Positions 26,353 through 35,184 of a stretch of 38,171 nt of DNA are shown here, in pieces. The position numbers were made by a program, and so were the translations under genes. The notes under the pieces were generated by a model, which was given only the letters and a program-made list of their open reading frames with translations, made no database searches and was not told the origin of the DNA. This DNA comes from Elusimicrobiota bacterium (GTDB taxonomy: Bacteria > Elusimicrobiota > Elusimicrobia > UBA1565 > UBA9628). The stretch is taken from NCBI GenBank assembly GCA_023700845.1, contig JAMPYD010000003.1, positions 1 to 38,171 of the forward strand. Direction: 5' to 3'. Position 1 is the first letter of the stretch. The number at the start of each line of letters is the position of its first letter.

Positions 26353-27327
26353 ATGGCCGTCGACAAAAGGTTCGTCCTCACCGGCGCGAAGAGGGTCCTG
26401 GACTCGCGCCCCATGTACGCGCAGGTCGTCGTCACCGACGACTGCAACCTGACCTGCTCCTACTGCGACGAGTACACCCCGGGCGCGCCGATCATCCCGC
26501 TCGAGACGATGAAGGCAAGAATCGATAAGTTGGATGAGCTCGGCGTCCTCGTCTACGATTTCCTGGGCGGCGAGACGATGATGCATCCGGACATCGCTGA
26601 GCTGGTGCGCCACGTCAAATCCAAGCGCGGCGGCTCGAACCTCGCGACCATCATCACCAACGGGTTCTTGCTCACGAAGAAGAACATCCTCGACCTGAAC
26701 GAAGCCGGTCTCGATTTCATGCAGGTCTCGGTCGACACTCTCCATCCCACCGACTGGTCGGACAAATCGCTGAAATCCGTCCTGCCGAAATTGAAGCTGC
26801 TCGCCGAAACCGCAAAATTCCAAGTGGAAATCCAGTCGGTGCTCAACGAAGAGAACCTCAACAACTACGACGAATTCCGGGCCACTTTGAAAGACCTGCC
26901 TTTCGCATTCGGATTTTCAATTATGCATGGCAAAGGCGGCCAGATCGCCATCAAAGGCGAGAAATATCTGGCGCTGCTCGACAAGTACGGCGTCTTCGAG
27001 GGCGTGAACTTCTACGGCGAGCACCTCAAGGAGATGCTCGCGGGCGATTTCTCCCGCCCGTGGAAGTGCCTCGGCGGCTTCAAGTTCCTCTACGTGACCG
27101 CCGCGGGCTCCATCCAGTGGTGCGCCCAGCAGCGCGGCGTCTCCTTCGACCTGATGAGCGCGACCCCGGAGCGCCTGAGGACGAACAATGTCCACAAGCC
27201 CTGCGAGGCCGGCTGCTCCCTGGGCTGCGTGCGCATGGTCTCCCACACCTTGGGCGAGCCGCTGAAGACCTTCGGCGCCAGCGTCAAGCTCGCGATCGGC
27301 ATGAGCCGGCCCAAGTCTCGTCATTGA
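26353..27327 (+). CDS. Radical SAM protein with C-terminal Cys cluster (SPASM/twitch-like)
   Basis: [17 protein letters not shown]; [16 protein letters not shown]. Confidence 0.9.
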   Translation: MAVDKRFVLTGAKRVLDSRPMYAQVVVTDDCNLTCSYCDEYTPGAPIIPLETMKARIDKLDELGVLVYDFLGGETMMHPDIAELVRHVKSKRGGSNLATIITNGFLLTKKNILDLNEAGLDFMQVSVDTLHPTDWSDKSLKSVLPKLKLLAETAKFQVEIQSVLNEENLNNYDEFRATLKDLPFAFGFSIMHGKGGQIAIKGEKYLALLDKYGVFEGVNFYGEHLKEMLAGDFSRPWKCLGGFKFLYVTAAGSIQWCAQQRGVSFDLMSATPERLRTNNVHKPCEAGCSLGCVRMVSHTLGEPLKTFGASVKLAIGMSRPKSRH

Positions 27328-27335
27328 ATCCGCGG

Positions 27336-27352
27336 CTCGGTCCTGGACCGAG
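27336..27352. repeat. GC-rich palindrome, copy 2 (CTCGGTCCTGGACCGAG)
   Basis: Identical to 12149-12165. Confidence 0.75.
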
Positions 27353-27393
27353 TTCTTGATGGATGGCGCCGCGTCGCGCTCGAGCCCGGGAGA

Positions 27394-27418
27394 CAGGTTT
27401 ATCTTAAGATAAACGTGC
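27394..27418. repeat. AT-rich palindrome, copy 2 (perfect GTTTATCTTAAGATAAAC)
   Basis: 18-bp perfect palindrome at 27397-27414; matches 5415-5439. Confidence 0.8.
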
Positions 27419-27495
27419 CGGAGCTGACCAACACCGGGAACGGGAAGTGAAATACCCCTGGCGAAAATCAGGTCGACCTGTTAGACTGTTCTCCC

Positions 27496-28368
27496 ATGAT
27501 ATTGGCGCTCGCCGCCGTCCTGCTGTCCGCGCCGGCCGCCGCGAACCCGGCGTTCGCGCCGTATCCGCGCTACGGGACCCCCGAGGCGCGCACGGAGGAC
27601 TTCCCGCCGAACGCCAAGCTCCTGGGCGAGGCCGAGGATCCGCTCGCGGCGTTGACCGCCGAGGACGACGACCTGCGCGATGCGCTGAACTCCCCGCCCT
27701 CCCCGGCGTGGCTGATGGGCGGCCTGCGCGCGGGGAACCCGGCCGACCGCCTCGCGGCGGTCAATTCCGCGGCGGTGCCCCGCCACGTCTCCGCGGTCCC
27801 GCCGCTCTCGGCCGTCATGCTCCGTCTCGATGAGCTCCCCGAGATCCGCGCCGCCGCGGCCACGGCCTTGGGACGCATCGGCGACGCGGTCGCCGCCCCC
27901 GCCCTCGGGGAGGCCCTCAGCGATCCCTCGACCGACGTCCGCTACGCCGCCGCTCTGGCCTTGGGCCGCATCCCCGCCGACGGGGCCTCCACCCGCCTGA
28001 CGCGCGCCTTGCGCACCGACAGCTCCTGGTGGGTCCGCTACGCGGCCGTCCTGGCGCTGGGCCGGACCAAGAAAGGCTTCGTCGTGGGCGCGCTCGAGGA
28101 CACCTTGCGCCTCGAGCCGAAGTGGCAGATCCGCATGCTCGCCGTGCGCTCCCTGCAGGACGTGGGCACCCCCCGCGCCGCCGAGGCCGTCGTCCTCGCC
28201 CTACGCGACCGCGACAGCGGCGTGCGCACCGCCGCCGCGCTCGCCCTGGCCGACATCGGCGCGGAAGCCGACCTCCCCTTCCTGAGCGAGGCCCTCAAGG
28301 CCGAGACCGACCTCTCCGCCCGCTCGGCCCAGTCCGCCGCCTTCCGCCGCATCCTCGCCAAGCCCTAG
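27496..28368 (+). CDS. Exported HEAT-repeat (PBS-lyase-like) protein
   Basis: Signal peptide; repeated L.D....VR.AAA.ALG.IG; TGT-TAGACT 8 nt upstream. Confidence 0.85.
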   Translation: MILALAAVLLSAPAAANPAFAPYPRYGTPEARTEDFPPNAKLLGEAEDPLAALTAEDDDLRDALNSPPSPAWLMGGLRAGNPADRLAAVNSAAVPRHVSAVPPLSAVMLRLDELPEIRAAAATALGRIGDAVAAPALGEALSDPSTDVRYAAALALGRIPADGASTRLTRALRTDSSWWVRYAAVLALGRTKKGFVVGALEDTLRLEPKWQIRMLAVRSLQDVGTPRAAEAVVLALRDRDSGVRTAAALALADIGAEADLPFLSEALKAETDLSARSAQSAAFRRILAKP

Positions 28369-29195
28369 TCGAGGACGCGGTCGAGCCAGCCTAGGAGCGG
28401 GGGCCGGTATTGGGAAGCCCGGGAGTAGAGGGCCTCGGTGTGGCCGGCGCTGTCGAGCTTCCAGAACTCCTTGGGGCCGGGGGCCAGGTCGAAGAGCCTG
28501 CGGCCCTGGGCGTAGGGGACGATGGGATCGTTCACGGCGTGGAGCATCAGCAGCGGCACCGGCTTGCGGCAGGCGATGAGGCGCTTGGGAGCCCAGCGGT
28601 CGGAGATCAGCAGGGCCGACAGCGGGTACTGGAAGAGCCAGGTCGGCCAGACGCTCCCCAGCTTGATCCGGGCGGTCTCCCGGTAGGACGCGAAGGTCGA
28701 GTCCAGGATCACGCCGCGCACACCTTCCCCCCCGTCGCGGTCGAGAGCGGCGAGCGCGAGCGCGCCCCCGAGGCTTTGGCCCAGGACGATGAGGCGGTCG
28801 CTGGAGCCGCCGGCGCGGGCGCGGGCGAGGCGCAGGGCGGCGACGGAGTCCGACACCGAGCCGGTCAGGGACTTCTTGCCCCCCGAGCCGCCGTAGCCCC
28901 GGTAGTCGAAGGTGAACACGTCGTAGCCCTCGCCCGCGAGCCAATACACGAACAGGTAGTGGCTCGTCATGTTCTCGCCGTTGCCGTGGAAGTGGACGAT
29001 CACGCCCTTCGAGGGCGTCTTGCGGGCGTTGAACCAGATGCCCAGCAGCTCGGTGCCGTCCTCGGACTTGAACCTCGCCTCCTGCCAGTTCCCCTCCTCG
29101 CGCGTCGGGAGGTAGCGGTGGACCTGATCGGGCTGAAGGAAGATGTTCGTGCACCCGGACAAGGCCAGCGCGCAGAGGAGGATCAGCCGTTTCAT
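28365..29195 (-). CDS. Lipoprotein alpha/beta hydrolase
   Basis: Lipobox LSGC, HGNGEN, FDYRGYG, GQSLGG, D.IVP, GH; TGATG coupling to DUF4105. Confidence 0.9.
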   Translation of the reverse strand: MKRLILLCALALSGCTNIFLQPDQVHRYLPTREEGNWQEARFKSEDGTELLGIWFNARKTPSKGVIVHFHGNGENMTSHYLFVYWLAGEGYDVFTFDYRGYGGSGGKKSLTGSVSDSVAALRLARARAGGSSDRLIVLGQSLGGALALAALDRDGGEGVRGVILDSTFASYRETARIKLGSVWPTWLFQYPLSALLISDRWAPKRLIACRKPVPLLMLHAVNDPIVPYAQGRRLFDLAPGPKEFWKLDSAGHTEALYSRASQYRPPLLGWLDRVLD

Positions 29196-31084
29196 CAGAA
29201 GAAGTAGAAGAACATCCCGCCCGCCTCCTCGTCGGGCACGCGGCGGTCGAGGGTGACGCGGAACTCCGTGTTGCGCGTCAGCCGCACGGAGCTCGTCAGG
29301 CGCAGCCTTTGGCGCGGGGCGGAGCGCTGCGCGTACTCGATATACGTCGCCTCCCCGAGGACGCGCCAGCGCGCCGTCAGGTCCACGATCACGCCCGCGG
29401 TGCCGCCCGCCCCGGCGCGCCAATCCTGGGGCAGGATCGGGCCGAAGCCGAGGTCCGCCTCGGCCAGGACGTAGTACAGCTCGCGCCGCAGCAGGCGGCT
29501 CTGCGCCGAGACGCCCATGCCGCCGTTGAGGGCGTAGTACATGCAGGCGGCGCCCGAGCAGCCGAGCTCCTTGGCCTGGTCCACCCCGGTGGAGAGCTTC
29601 CAGGAGGGCTTGCGCACCCACGGGTCGAGCGGCGAGAGCGAGACGATGCTCGCGATGTCGAGCCGCTCGACGTACAGCTGGCGGTCGGCGTGGTCTATGC
29701 GCAGCCGGCCGGCGCCCATCTCGAGCTGGCTGTCGGGGATATAGCCCTCGTCGACGGAGGAGAGGTCGTGCAGCGAGGGCCTCCAGGCCACCTCGGTGAA
29801 CGACCCGCTGCGCGCGACGCCCGCGCCGACGCCCGCGCGCGCGGTGTCGTGGCCCGCCTCGAGCGGGGTGGGCCGCTCGACGGGGGCCGGGGCGGGCGGC
29901 AGCCCCAGGCGTCCGCGGGCCCGCAGCAAGGTATGGATGGCCGTGAACGTCTCGGTGCTCTGCTGCAGGTAGTAGCCTTTGCGGTAGCGCAGGTAATCGT
30001 TGGCCGACTCAAGGATCAGGGCTTGGCGCTCCTTCGGGTAGAAGGCGACGCGCTTGAGATCCTCGTCCGTGACCTCGCGGCCCAGCCGGGTGGCGAGGGC
30101 CAGCTCATCGCCGGTCTGCCGGGCGCGCCGCGCCTTGATCTCGGTGACGAACGAAGGACGGAAGAGAGGCGCCTCGACGAAGCCGGGACGAGCCTGCAGC
30201 ACCCGGACGGTGTCGCCCGGGATGACGCCCCAGAAGAAGCCGGAGCTGACGTCGAGGGTCTCGTCGGCCGCCTCGAGCAAGGTCAGGAGCTGATAGGAGC
30301 AGTTCTTAGTGAAGAAGTAGTAGTTGAAATGGGTGCTGCCCATCTCCCAGCCGTGGCGTATCAGGTCGTCGATCTGGGAGGGCGTCAGGTTCAGGCGATA
30401 GTCCCAAAGATCGCGCATCTCGAGGCTGCCGTACTCCTGCGTCTTCATGTAAAAAGGAAGGAGCGAGTACTCGCCCTTGAAGGAGCCGTTGAGCCCCTTG
30501 AGCGTGTACATCAGGGCGTTGCTCGTGTCCGGGGTCGCCGCGAAGTTGATCGTGTAGTCGAGCAAGGCGTCCCCGCCCCCGCGGCGGTGCAGGCGCAGGA
30601 AGGTGTGGCCGTACATCGAGGCGGGGTTATTGAGGAAGGCGCTCGCGAAGACCACGGACACGGCCTCCGCGTCGATGGCCCCTCTCCAGGCCTCGAAATC
30701 AGGACAGGCCCGCTCGGGGAGGCGCGCGGGATCGAAGGCGAGCCGTTCCTTGAGCCAACGGTACCTGGCGGGAAAGCGGCATTGCGGATGCTGGCCCTTG
30801 GGGGGCTCGGGCGCGAAGAAGGCCGCGAGGTCCGCCTCGAGCTCGGCCGCCGGGTCCGTGCGTCCCTCCGGGGCGAGGAAGAAGCCTCCGCCGTCGGCCT
30901 CCGAGCGCCAGCCCTTGCCCTTGGGACGGTAATGGAGGAGCTTGAGCCACTTCGTCTCCCCGGCGAGGCGCGCCTCGCGCGCGCGGGCGGTCAACTCCGC
31001 CGCGTACGCCCCGTCGGGCGCGGCGGAGGCGCCGAGGGGCGCCAGGAGCAAGGCGAGCGCCAGGAGGAGGCGCGGGGTGTTCAC
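29195..31084 (-). CDS. DUF4105 (Lnb_N-like) domain protein with C-terminal beta-barrel-like region
   Basis: WLKLLHY, CRFPAR, NPASMYGHTFLR, E.RDLW.Y.L.L, YYFF..NCSY; C-terminal aromatic beta-signal; GTG start inferred. Confidence 0.85.
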   Translation of the reverse strand: MNTPRLLLALALLLAPLGASAAPDGAYAAELTARAREARLAGETKWLKLLHYRPKGKGWRSEADGGGFFLAPEGRTDPAAELEADLAAFFAPEPPKGQHPQCRFPARYRWLKERLAFDPARLPERACPDFEAWRGAIDAEAVSVVFASAFLNNPASMYGHTFLRLHRRGGGDALLDYTINFAATPDTSNALMYTLKGLNGSFKGEYSLLPFYMKTQEYGSLEMRDLWDYRLNLTPSQIDDLIRHGWEMGSTHFNYYFFTKNCSYQLLTLLEAADETLDVSSGFFWGVIPGDTVRVLQARPGFVEAPLFRPSFVTEIKARRARQTGDELALATRLGREVTDEDLKRVAFYPKERQALILESANDYLRYRKGYYLQQSTETFTAIHTLLRARGRLGLPPAPAPVERPTPLEAGHDTARAGVGAGVARSGSFTEVAWRPSLHDLSSVDEGYIPDSQLEMGAGRLRIDHADRQLYVERLDIASIVSLSPLDPWVRKPSWKLSTGVDQAKELGCSGAACMYYALNGGMGVSAQSRLLRRELYYVLAEADLGFGPILPQDWRAGAGGTAGVIVDLTARWRVLGEATYIEYAQRSAPRQRLRLTSSVRLTRNTEFRVTLDRRVPDEEAGGMFFYFF

Positions 31085-31095
31085 GCGGGAAATGA

Positions 31096-31128
31096 AGCGG
31101 GCGGGACGCCGAGGGCGCCCCACCCGCT
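31096..31128 (-). terminator. Hairpin between DUF3015 and DUF4105 (leaky terminator or stabiliser)
   Basis: Minus strand AGCGGGTGGGGCGCC-ctc-GGCGTCCCGCCCGCT then TCATTT. Confidence 0.55.
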
Positions 31129-31146
31129 GATCATGAGTCGTCTCGC

Positions 31147-31638
31147 TTAGAGCGTCGCGAGCTTGGGGTTGACGGCCATCTCCGCGCGCAGGTTGCGCAG
31201 CATGGTCGCCGAGTCCGTGTTCGCCGTAGGGAACAGGGTCTCGTATTTCTCCTGGGTCAGGGAGATGAAGGCCTTCTTGGAGGCATCATCGTTGGCGCCC
31301 ATGAGCGAGGCGAAGGCGTTGAGGTACTCGCCGCCGCCCTGAGCCATCTCGGTGGAGAGCTTCTGCAGGTTGACTTCCGCGTACGCGGCCTGCTTCTTCT
31401 CGTTGCGCACCCAGCCGCCCTTGACGTTGCAGCCCGCGGTCTCGGAGCTGATGCCGAAGGTCTGAGTGTAGGTCCCGTTGGTCGTCCCGCCGAGGAGCGC
31501 GAAGACCTTCTTGTCGAGCTTGCCCGCGAACAGCTCGGTGCCGAGTCCGCAGCCGATGTTCGGATCGCTGCCGCCCGCCGCGTGAGCCGCGGAAACGAAA
31601 GACGTCAGAACCAACATCGCCAACAGTGCTTTTTTCAT
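31147..31638 (-). CDS. DUF3015-family exported protein
   Basis: GCGLG, TTNGT..QTFGISS.T.GC, MAQG.GEYL; CAGGAG SD. Confidence 0.85.
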   Translation of the reverse strand: MKKALLAMLVLTSFVSAAHAAGGSDPNIGCGLGTELFAGKLDKKVFALLGGTTNGTYTQTFGISSETAGCNVKGGWVRNEKKQAAYAEVNLQKLSTEMAQGGGEYLNAFASLMGANDDASKKAFISLTQEKYETLFPTANTDSATMLRNLRAEMAVNPKLATL

Positions 31639-31669
31639 GTTTTCTCCTGTTTTACGGCCACGACACGTG

Positions 31670-31708
31670 CGCCGGGGTTAGTCTAGCCCCGGCGTTCCGG
31701 CTTGTCAA
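31670..31708 (-). promoter_or_regulatory. Promoter TTGACA-17-TAGACT with the -10 centred in a 25-bp inverted repeat
   Basis: -35 at 31708-31703, -10 at 31685-31680; CGCCGGGG arms span 31670-31694. Confidence 0.65.
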
Positions 31709-31719
31709 GTGCGGCCAGG

Positions 31720-32313
31720 TCACTTCTTGGCGGGAGCCTTCAGCACGGCCTCGATGTCGAGGGAGATCGCGACGTCGTCGCCGAGCATGACCCCGCCGGT
31801 GTCGAGAGCCTTGTTCCAGACGATGCCGAAGTCCTTGCGATCGATCGTGCCCGTGGCCGAGAAGCCCGCGCGGATGTTCCCCCACGGGTCCTTGGTCGTG
31901 CCGCCGAGCTCGAGGTCGAGCACCACGGGCTTGGTCACGCCGTGCATGGTGAGCTCGCCGTGGAGCTTGGCGGTGTCGCCCTTGACGTTCGTCACCTTGG
32001 TGGACTTGAAGGACATCTCGGGGTACTTCGCGACGTCGAAGAAATCCGGGGCCTTGAGGTGGCCGTCGCGCTTCTCGTTGTCGGTGTTGATGGACGCCGG
32101 GTCGATCGTCGCGTCGACCTTCCACGACTTCGGCTGCCCGGGCGTGTACTCGACCGTGCCGGAGAACTTCGTGAATCGGCCCGGGACCTTCCCGACGAGA
32201 TGGCGGATGCGGAAGCCGACCTGGGAATGCGACGCGTCGATCTCGTAGGTATCGGCGTGGACGGCGGGAGCGGCGACGGCGAGCACGGCGGCGAGGGCGA
32301 GGATCTTGCGCAT
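31720..32313 (-). CDS. yceI: YceI-family polyisoprenoid-binding protein
   Basis: ID.SHS.VGF..RHL, SI.T....RD.HL...DFFD, G.LT.HGVTK, IDRKDFG; AGGAGG SD. Confidence 0.92.
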   Translation of the reverse strand: MRKILALAAVLAVAAPAVHADTYEIDASHSQVGFRIRHLVGKVPGRFTKFSGTVEYTPGQPKSWKVDATIDPASINTDNEKRDGHLKAPDFFDVAKYPEMSFKSTKVTNVKGDTAKLHGELTMHGVTKPVVLDLELGGTTKDPWGNIRAGFSATGTIDRKDFGIVWNKALDTGGVMLGDDVAISLDIEAVLKAPAKK

Positions 32314-32341
32314 GGTGTAGCCTCCTGTGACGATGCGGCAT

Positions 32342-32370
32342 ATGTAACAGGAATGATTACATCTTGTCAA
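32342..32370 (-). promoter_or_regulatory. yceI promoter: -35 TTGACA plus operator-like ATGTAA-N9-TTACAT
   Basis: AT-rich inverted repeat at 32342-32362 immediately downstream of the -35. Confidence 0.6.
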
Positions 32371-33635
32371 GAGGGGCGGGGATGAGAATACGGGCGCGCG
32401 CAGGCGCGCAGGACGAACCCCGCCGCCAGCACGACGGCGCACGCGGCGACCTGCAGCCAGCCGCCCTGGGCGCTGAGCCAGAGGGTGGCCGCGATGCCGG
32501 CGAGCGGGACCGCCGCGCCGAGCAGCGCGCGCGGGCCCCTTCCGGAGCGGCGCAGGCGGCGGCTGAGGACGACGGCGCAGGTGGACAGGAACTGGGCGCC
32601 GATGACGACGTTGGAGAAGTCCACGAGACCGTCGAAATCGAGCAGGAGCGCGGCGGCCAAGGCGCAGCCGGTCGACCAGACGATCGACGCCGAGGGCGTG
32701 CCGAATCGGGGATGGGGCGCCGCGAGGGCTTTGGGAAGATGCCCCTCCTCGGCCAGCGCCACGAGGTAGCGCGGGCCGCCCAGGGCGGAGCCCGCCACGA
32801 AGCCGGTCATCGAGACCACGGCCCCCGCCATGACGAAGGTCCCGCCCCAGGGACCCATCAGCGCCGCCGCGGCGTCCGCCAACGGGCGCTCGGAGACGGC
32901 CAGCCCCGGAACGAGCGACAGCGCGGCGATCTGCACGAGGACGTAAAGGACCGCGGCCCCGATGAGCGCCGACAGCACCGCGAAGGGCACGTCGCGCTTG
33001 GGGTCGCGGGCCTCGCCCGCGGGGACGGGGACGGTCTCGAAGCCCTGAAAAGCGAAGTAGGCGAGGAAGCAGGCGGCTCCGAGGGGCCCCCAGCCCTCCG
33101 CCGGCGCCTGCGGCCGCCAGGCGGGCAGCGCGTGCAGCCCGGCCAGGGCGATCAGGCCGATCGGGATGAGCTTGGCGACGGTGAAGAGGTCCGTGGTCGT
33201 CGCGCCGAGGCGCAGGCCGCGCAGGTTCATGGCCCCGAAGCCTCCGATCGCGAGGCAGGCGATGGCCTTTCCGATCTCCGGGCGTCCCGCCGCCCACGGC
33301 AGATAGGACGCGATGCCGTTGGCGACGGCGGCCCAGGCCACGATCATCGTGACCCAGCACAGCCAGCCGATGGCGAAGCCCCAGCCGGGCCCGAACTCGG
33401 TGTGCGCGTACAGCGCGGGCCCGCCGGCGCGGTCGTGCTCCGAGGCGGCCTCGGCGAAGCACAGCGCCACGGGCGCCAGCAGCAAGGCGGTCAGGGCGTA
33501 GGCGAAGGGCGAGGCCGAGCCGAGGTGCCCGGCGAGACGTCCCGGGAAGAGGAAGACGCTGGAGCCGACCACGGCGTTGATCCCGAGGCAGACCAGGTCG
33601 AAGCGCGTCAGCTGGCGATGGGCCGGAGCGCTCAC
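32367..33635 (-). CDS. APC-family amino acid permease
   Basis: GINAVVGSSVF..P, FAE.......GG...Y, FAFQGFE....AGE..DP.RD.P, HPRFGTP; GTGA coupling. Confidence 0.9.
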   Translation of the reverse strand: MSAPAHRQLTRFDLVCLGINAVVGSSVFLFPGRLAGHLGSASPFAYALTALLLAPVALCFAEAASEHDRAGGPALYAHTEFGPGWGFAIGWLCWVTMIVAWAAVANGIASYLPWAAGRPEIGKAIACLAIGGFGAMNLRGLRLGATTTDLFTVAKLIPIGLIALAGLHALPAWRPQAPAEGWGPLGAACFLAYFAFQGFETVPVPAGEARDPKRDVPFAVLSALIGAAVLYVLVQIAALSLVPGLAVSERPLADAAAALMGPWGGTFVMAGAVVSMTGFVAGSALGGPRYLVALAEEGHLPKALAAPHPRFGTPSASIVWSTGCALAAALLLDFDGLVDFSNVVIGAQFLSTCAVVLSRRLRRSGRGPRALLGAAVPLAGIAATLWLSAQGGWLQVAACAVVLAAGFVLRACARPYSHPRPS

Positions 33636-34411
33636 TTTCCCCCCGGGGACAGCAGTATCCTGGTGCCGACGAAGCTGCGGCCATAGAGCCTCGCGGCGAC
33701 CGCGCGCGGCAGGGAAAGACACAGGTGCGGGAACGCCTCGTGCTCGAGCGCCTTGAGCGGAGGCCCGTGCAGCACGAGGCCCTCCTTCGTGAACAGCACG
33801 AACTCGCCCAAGGCGTTGGCGCGCACGGAGGTCCCGGCCTGGGGCGGCTCCCACTGCAGCAGGCCGCCGACCTGGGCGGACTTCGGGCGCTCGGTCCCGG
33901 CGAAGCGCTCCTTGCTGATGATGGCCGCGGACCGGGGCAGGGGGCGCGCCGGCTCGCCCACGGCGCGCGCCCGCGCGCCGCCGAGGAGCAGGGACTCGGC
34001 GGCCTGGTCCCCGCTCATGAGGTGCATCCGGTCGGCGCTCTCGTCGAGCTGGACCCAGAAGGACATGATCTCGAGCTGCTTCTCGAGCAGGCGCTTCTCC
34101 TCGGACAGCGCCAGCCCCCCCTCGAACATCGCCTTGCGCGCCCGCGACAGCGTCGCGGCGCTGGCCTTCGCGCGCGCGAAATCGCGGCTGACGAGGGCGC
34201 TGAGGGCCTGCCGCTCCCCGAGGTCCAGCTCGAGGTCTTCTCGCGCGACGGTCAGCGCGGCGCGGTCGCCGGCGGCGCGCTCGACGTGAGCCGAGACCCA
34301 GCGGCCCGTGAGCCACAGCCCGGAGAGCACCGCGGCCCCGGCGGCCGCCAGCCTCAGGGCCCCGACGCGGCGGTCGCAGGCGTTCAGGGCGCGCGCCAGG
34401 TCGATGCTCAT
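33632..34411 (-). CDS. Divergent L,D-transpeptidase (YkuD)-like protein with TM anchor and coiled coil
   Basis: ALG..........LHG.........PHLCL.L....A..LY.....GTRI parallels the upstream LDT. Confidence 0.65.
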   Translation of the reverse strand: MSIDLARALNACDRRVGALRLAAAGAAVLSGLWLTGRWVSAHVERAAGDRAALTVAREDLELDLGERQALSALVSRDFARAKASAATLSRARKAMFEGGLALSEEKRLLEKQLEIMSFWVQLDESADRMHLMSGDQAAESLLLGGARARAVGEPARPLPRSAAIISKERFAGTERPKSAQVGGLLQWEPPQAGTSVRANALGEFVLFTKEGLVLHGPPLKALEHEAFPHLCLSLPRAVAARLYGRSFVGTRILLSPGGK

Positions 34412-35184
34412 TCGAAGATGAACACCCGCGTCCCGTTCGGCGCGGACGCATACAGCTTCTCGAGGTCCGCGGCGCCGACGCGCACGCAGCCGTGCGAGGC
34501 GGGGCGCCCGAGAAGCTCCTCGCGCTTGGTCCCGTGGATCAGGTAGCCGTCGCCGAGGTTGAGGACGAACGCGCCGAGCTCGCCCGACACCATGCGCGAG
34601 GGGTCTCCCGGCGGCGGCACCGGCTCGCCGGCTTCCACGTACGCCCAGTCGGGCTTGCGCCACATCGGGTTGACCGCCTTGCCGATCACGCGGAACTCGC
34701 CGCGCGGCGTGACGAACTCCCACTTCCGCCCGCTCTTGGCGTCCTTGAGGACGCCGCCCCGTCCCACGGAGACGTCGGCCTGCCAGAGGAGCTGTGAGCC
34801 CTTCTTGACGTAGAGCTTGTTGGCCTTCGCGTCGATGACGAGGTGGGGCGCGCCCTTGAGCCTCTTGGCCAGCTTCGCGCGCAGCAGCCGGACCTCTCCC
34901 TCGATGGCCTTCTGGGTTCTCAGATACCCCTTGTCCTCGGGCAGAATATTCGGGATGTCCTGCAGGAACCTCGCGTCCCCCGCCCGCTCGCCCGACGCCC
35001 GCACCAGCTCGCCCAGCCGGCGCGCGCCCACGTCGAGCGCGGCGGCCTCGTCCTCGAGGCGGCCCGCCTCGCGCGCCAGCTCGGCCCCGTCCCGGGAGAG
35101 CGCGCACGCCATCCAGCCGAACGCGCCGGTCCACAGGATCAGGGCCAGGGGATAGAGCGTGCGTCCGAAAGGGACCTCGCTCAC
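34408..35184 (-). CDS. L,D-transpeptidase (YkuD/ErfK family) with TM anchor and coiled coil
   Basis: TPRG.F, P.W..PDW, YLIHGT, ASHGCVR; GTG start overlapping the upstream stop. Confidence 0.9.
   Translation of the reverse strand: MSEVPFGRTLYPLALILWTGAFGWMACALSRDGAELAREAGRLEDEAAALDVGARRLGELVRASGERAGDARFLQDIPNILPEDKGYLRTQKAIEGEVRLLRAKLAKRLKGAPHLVIDAKANKLYVKKGSQLLWQADVSVGRGGVLKDAKSGRKWEFVTPRGEFRVIGKAVNPMWRKPDWAYVEAGEPVPPPGDPSRMVSGELGAFVLNLGDGYLIHGTKREELLGRPASHGCVRVGAADLEKLYASAPNGTRVFIFE

Noticed and set aside
31720-34451. 654-aa and 694-aa ORFs suggesting fusions to YceI and to the APC permease
   Set aside because: The extensions are alternative frames of neighbouring genes; the true starts have an SD (32313) or GTGA coupling (33635).
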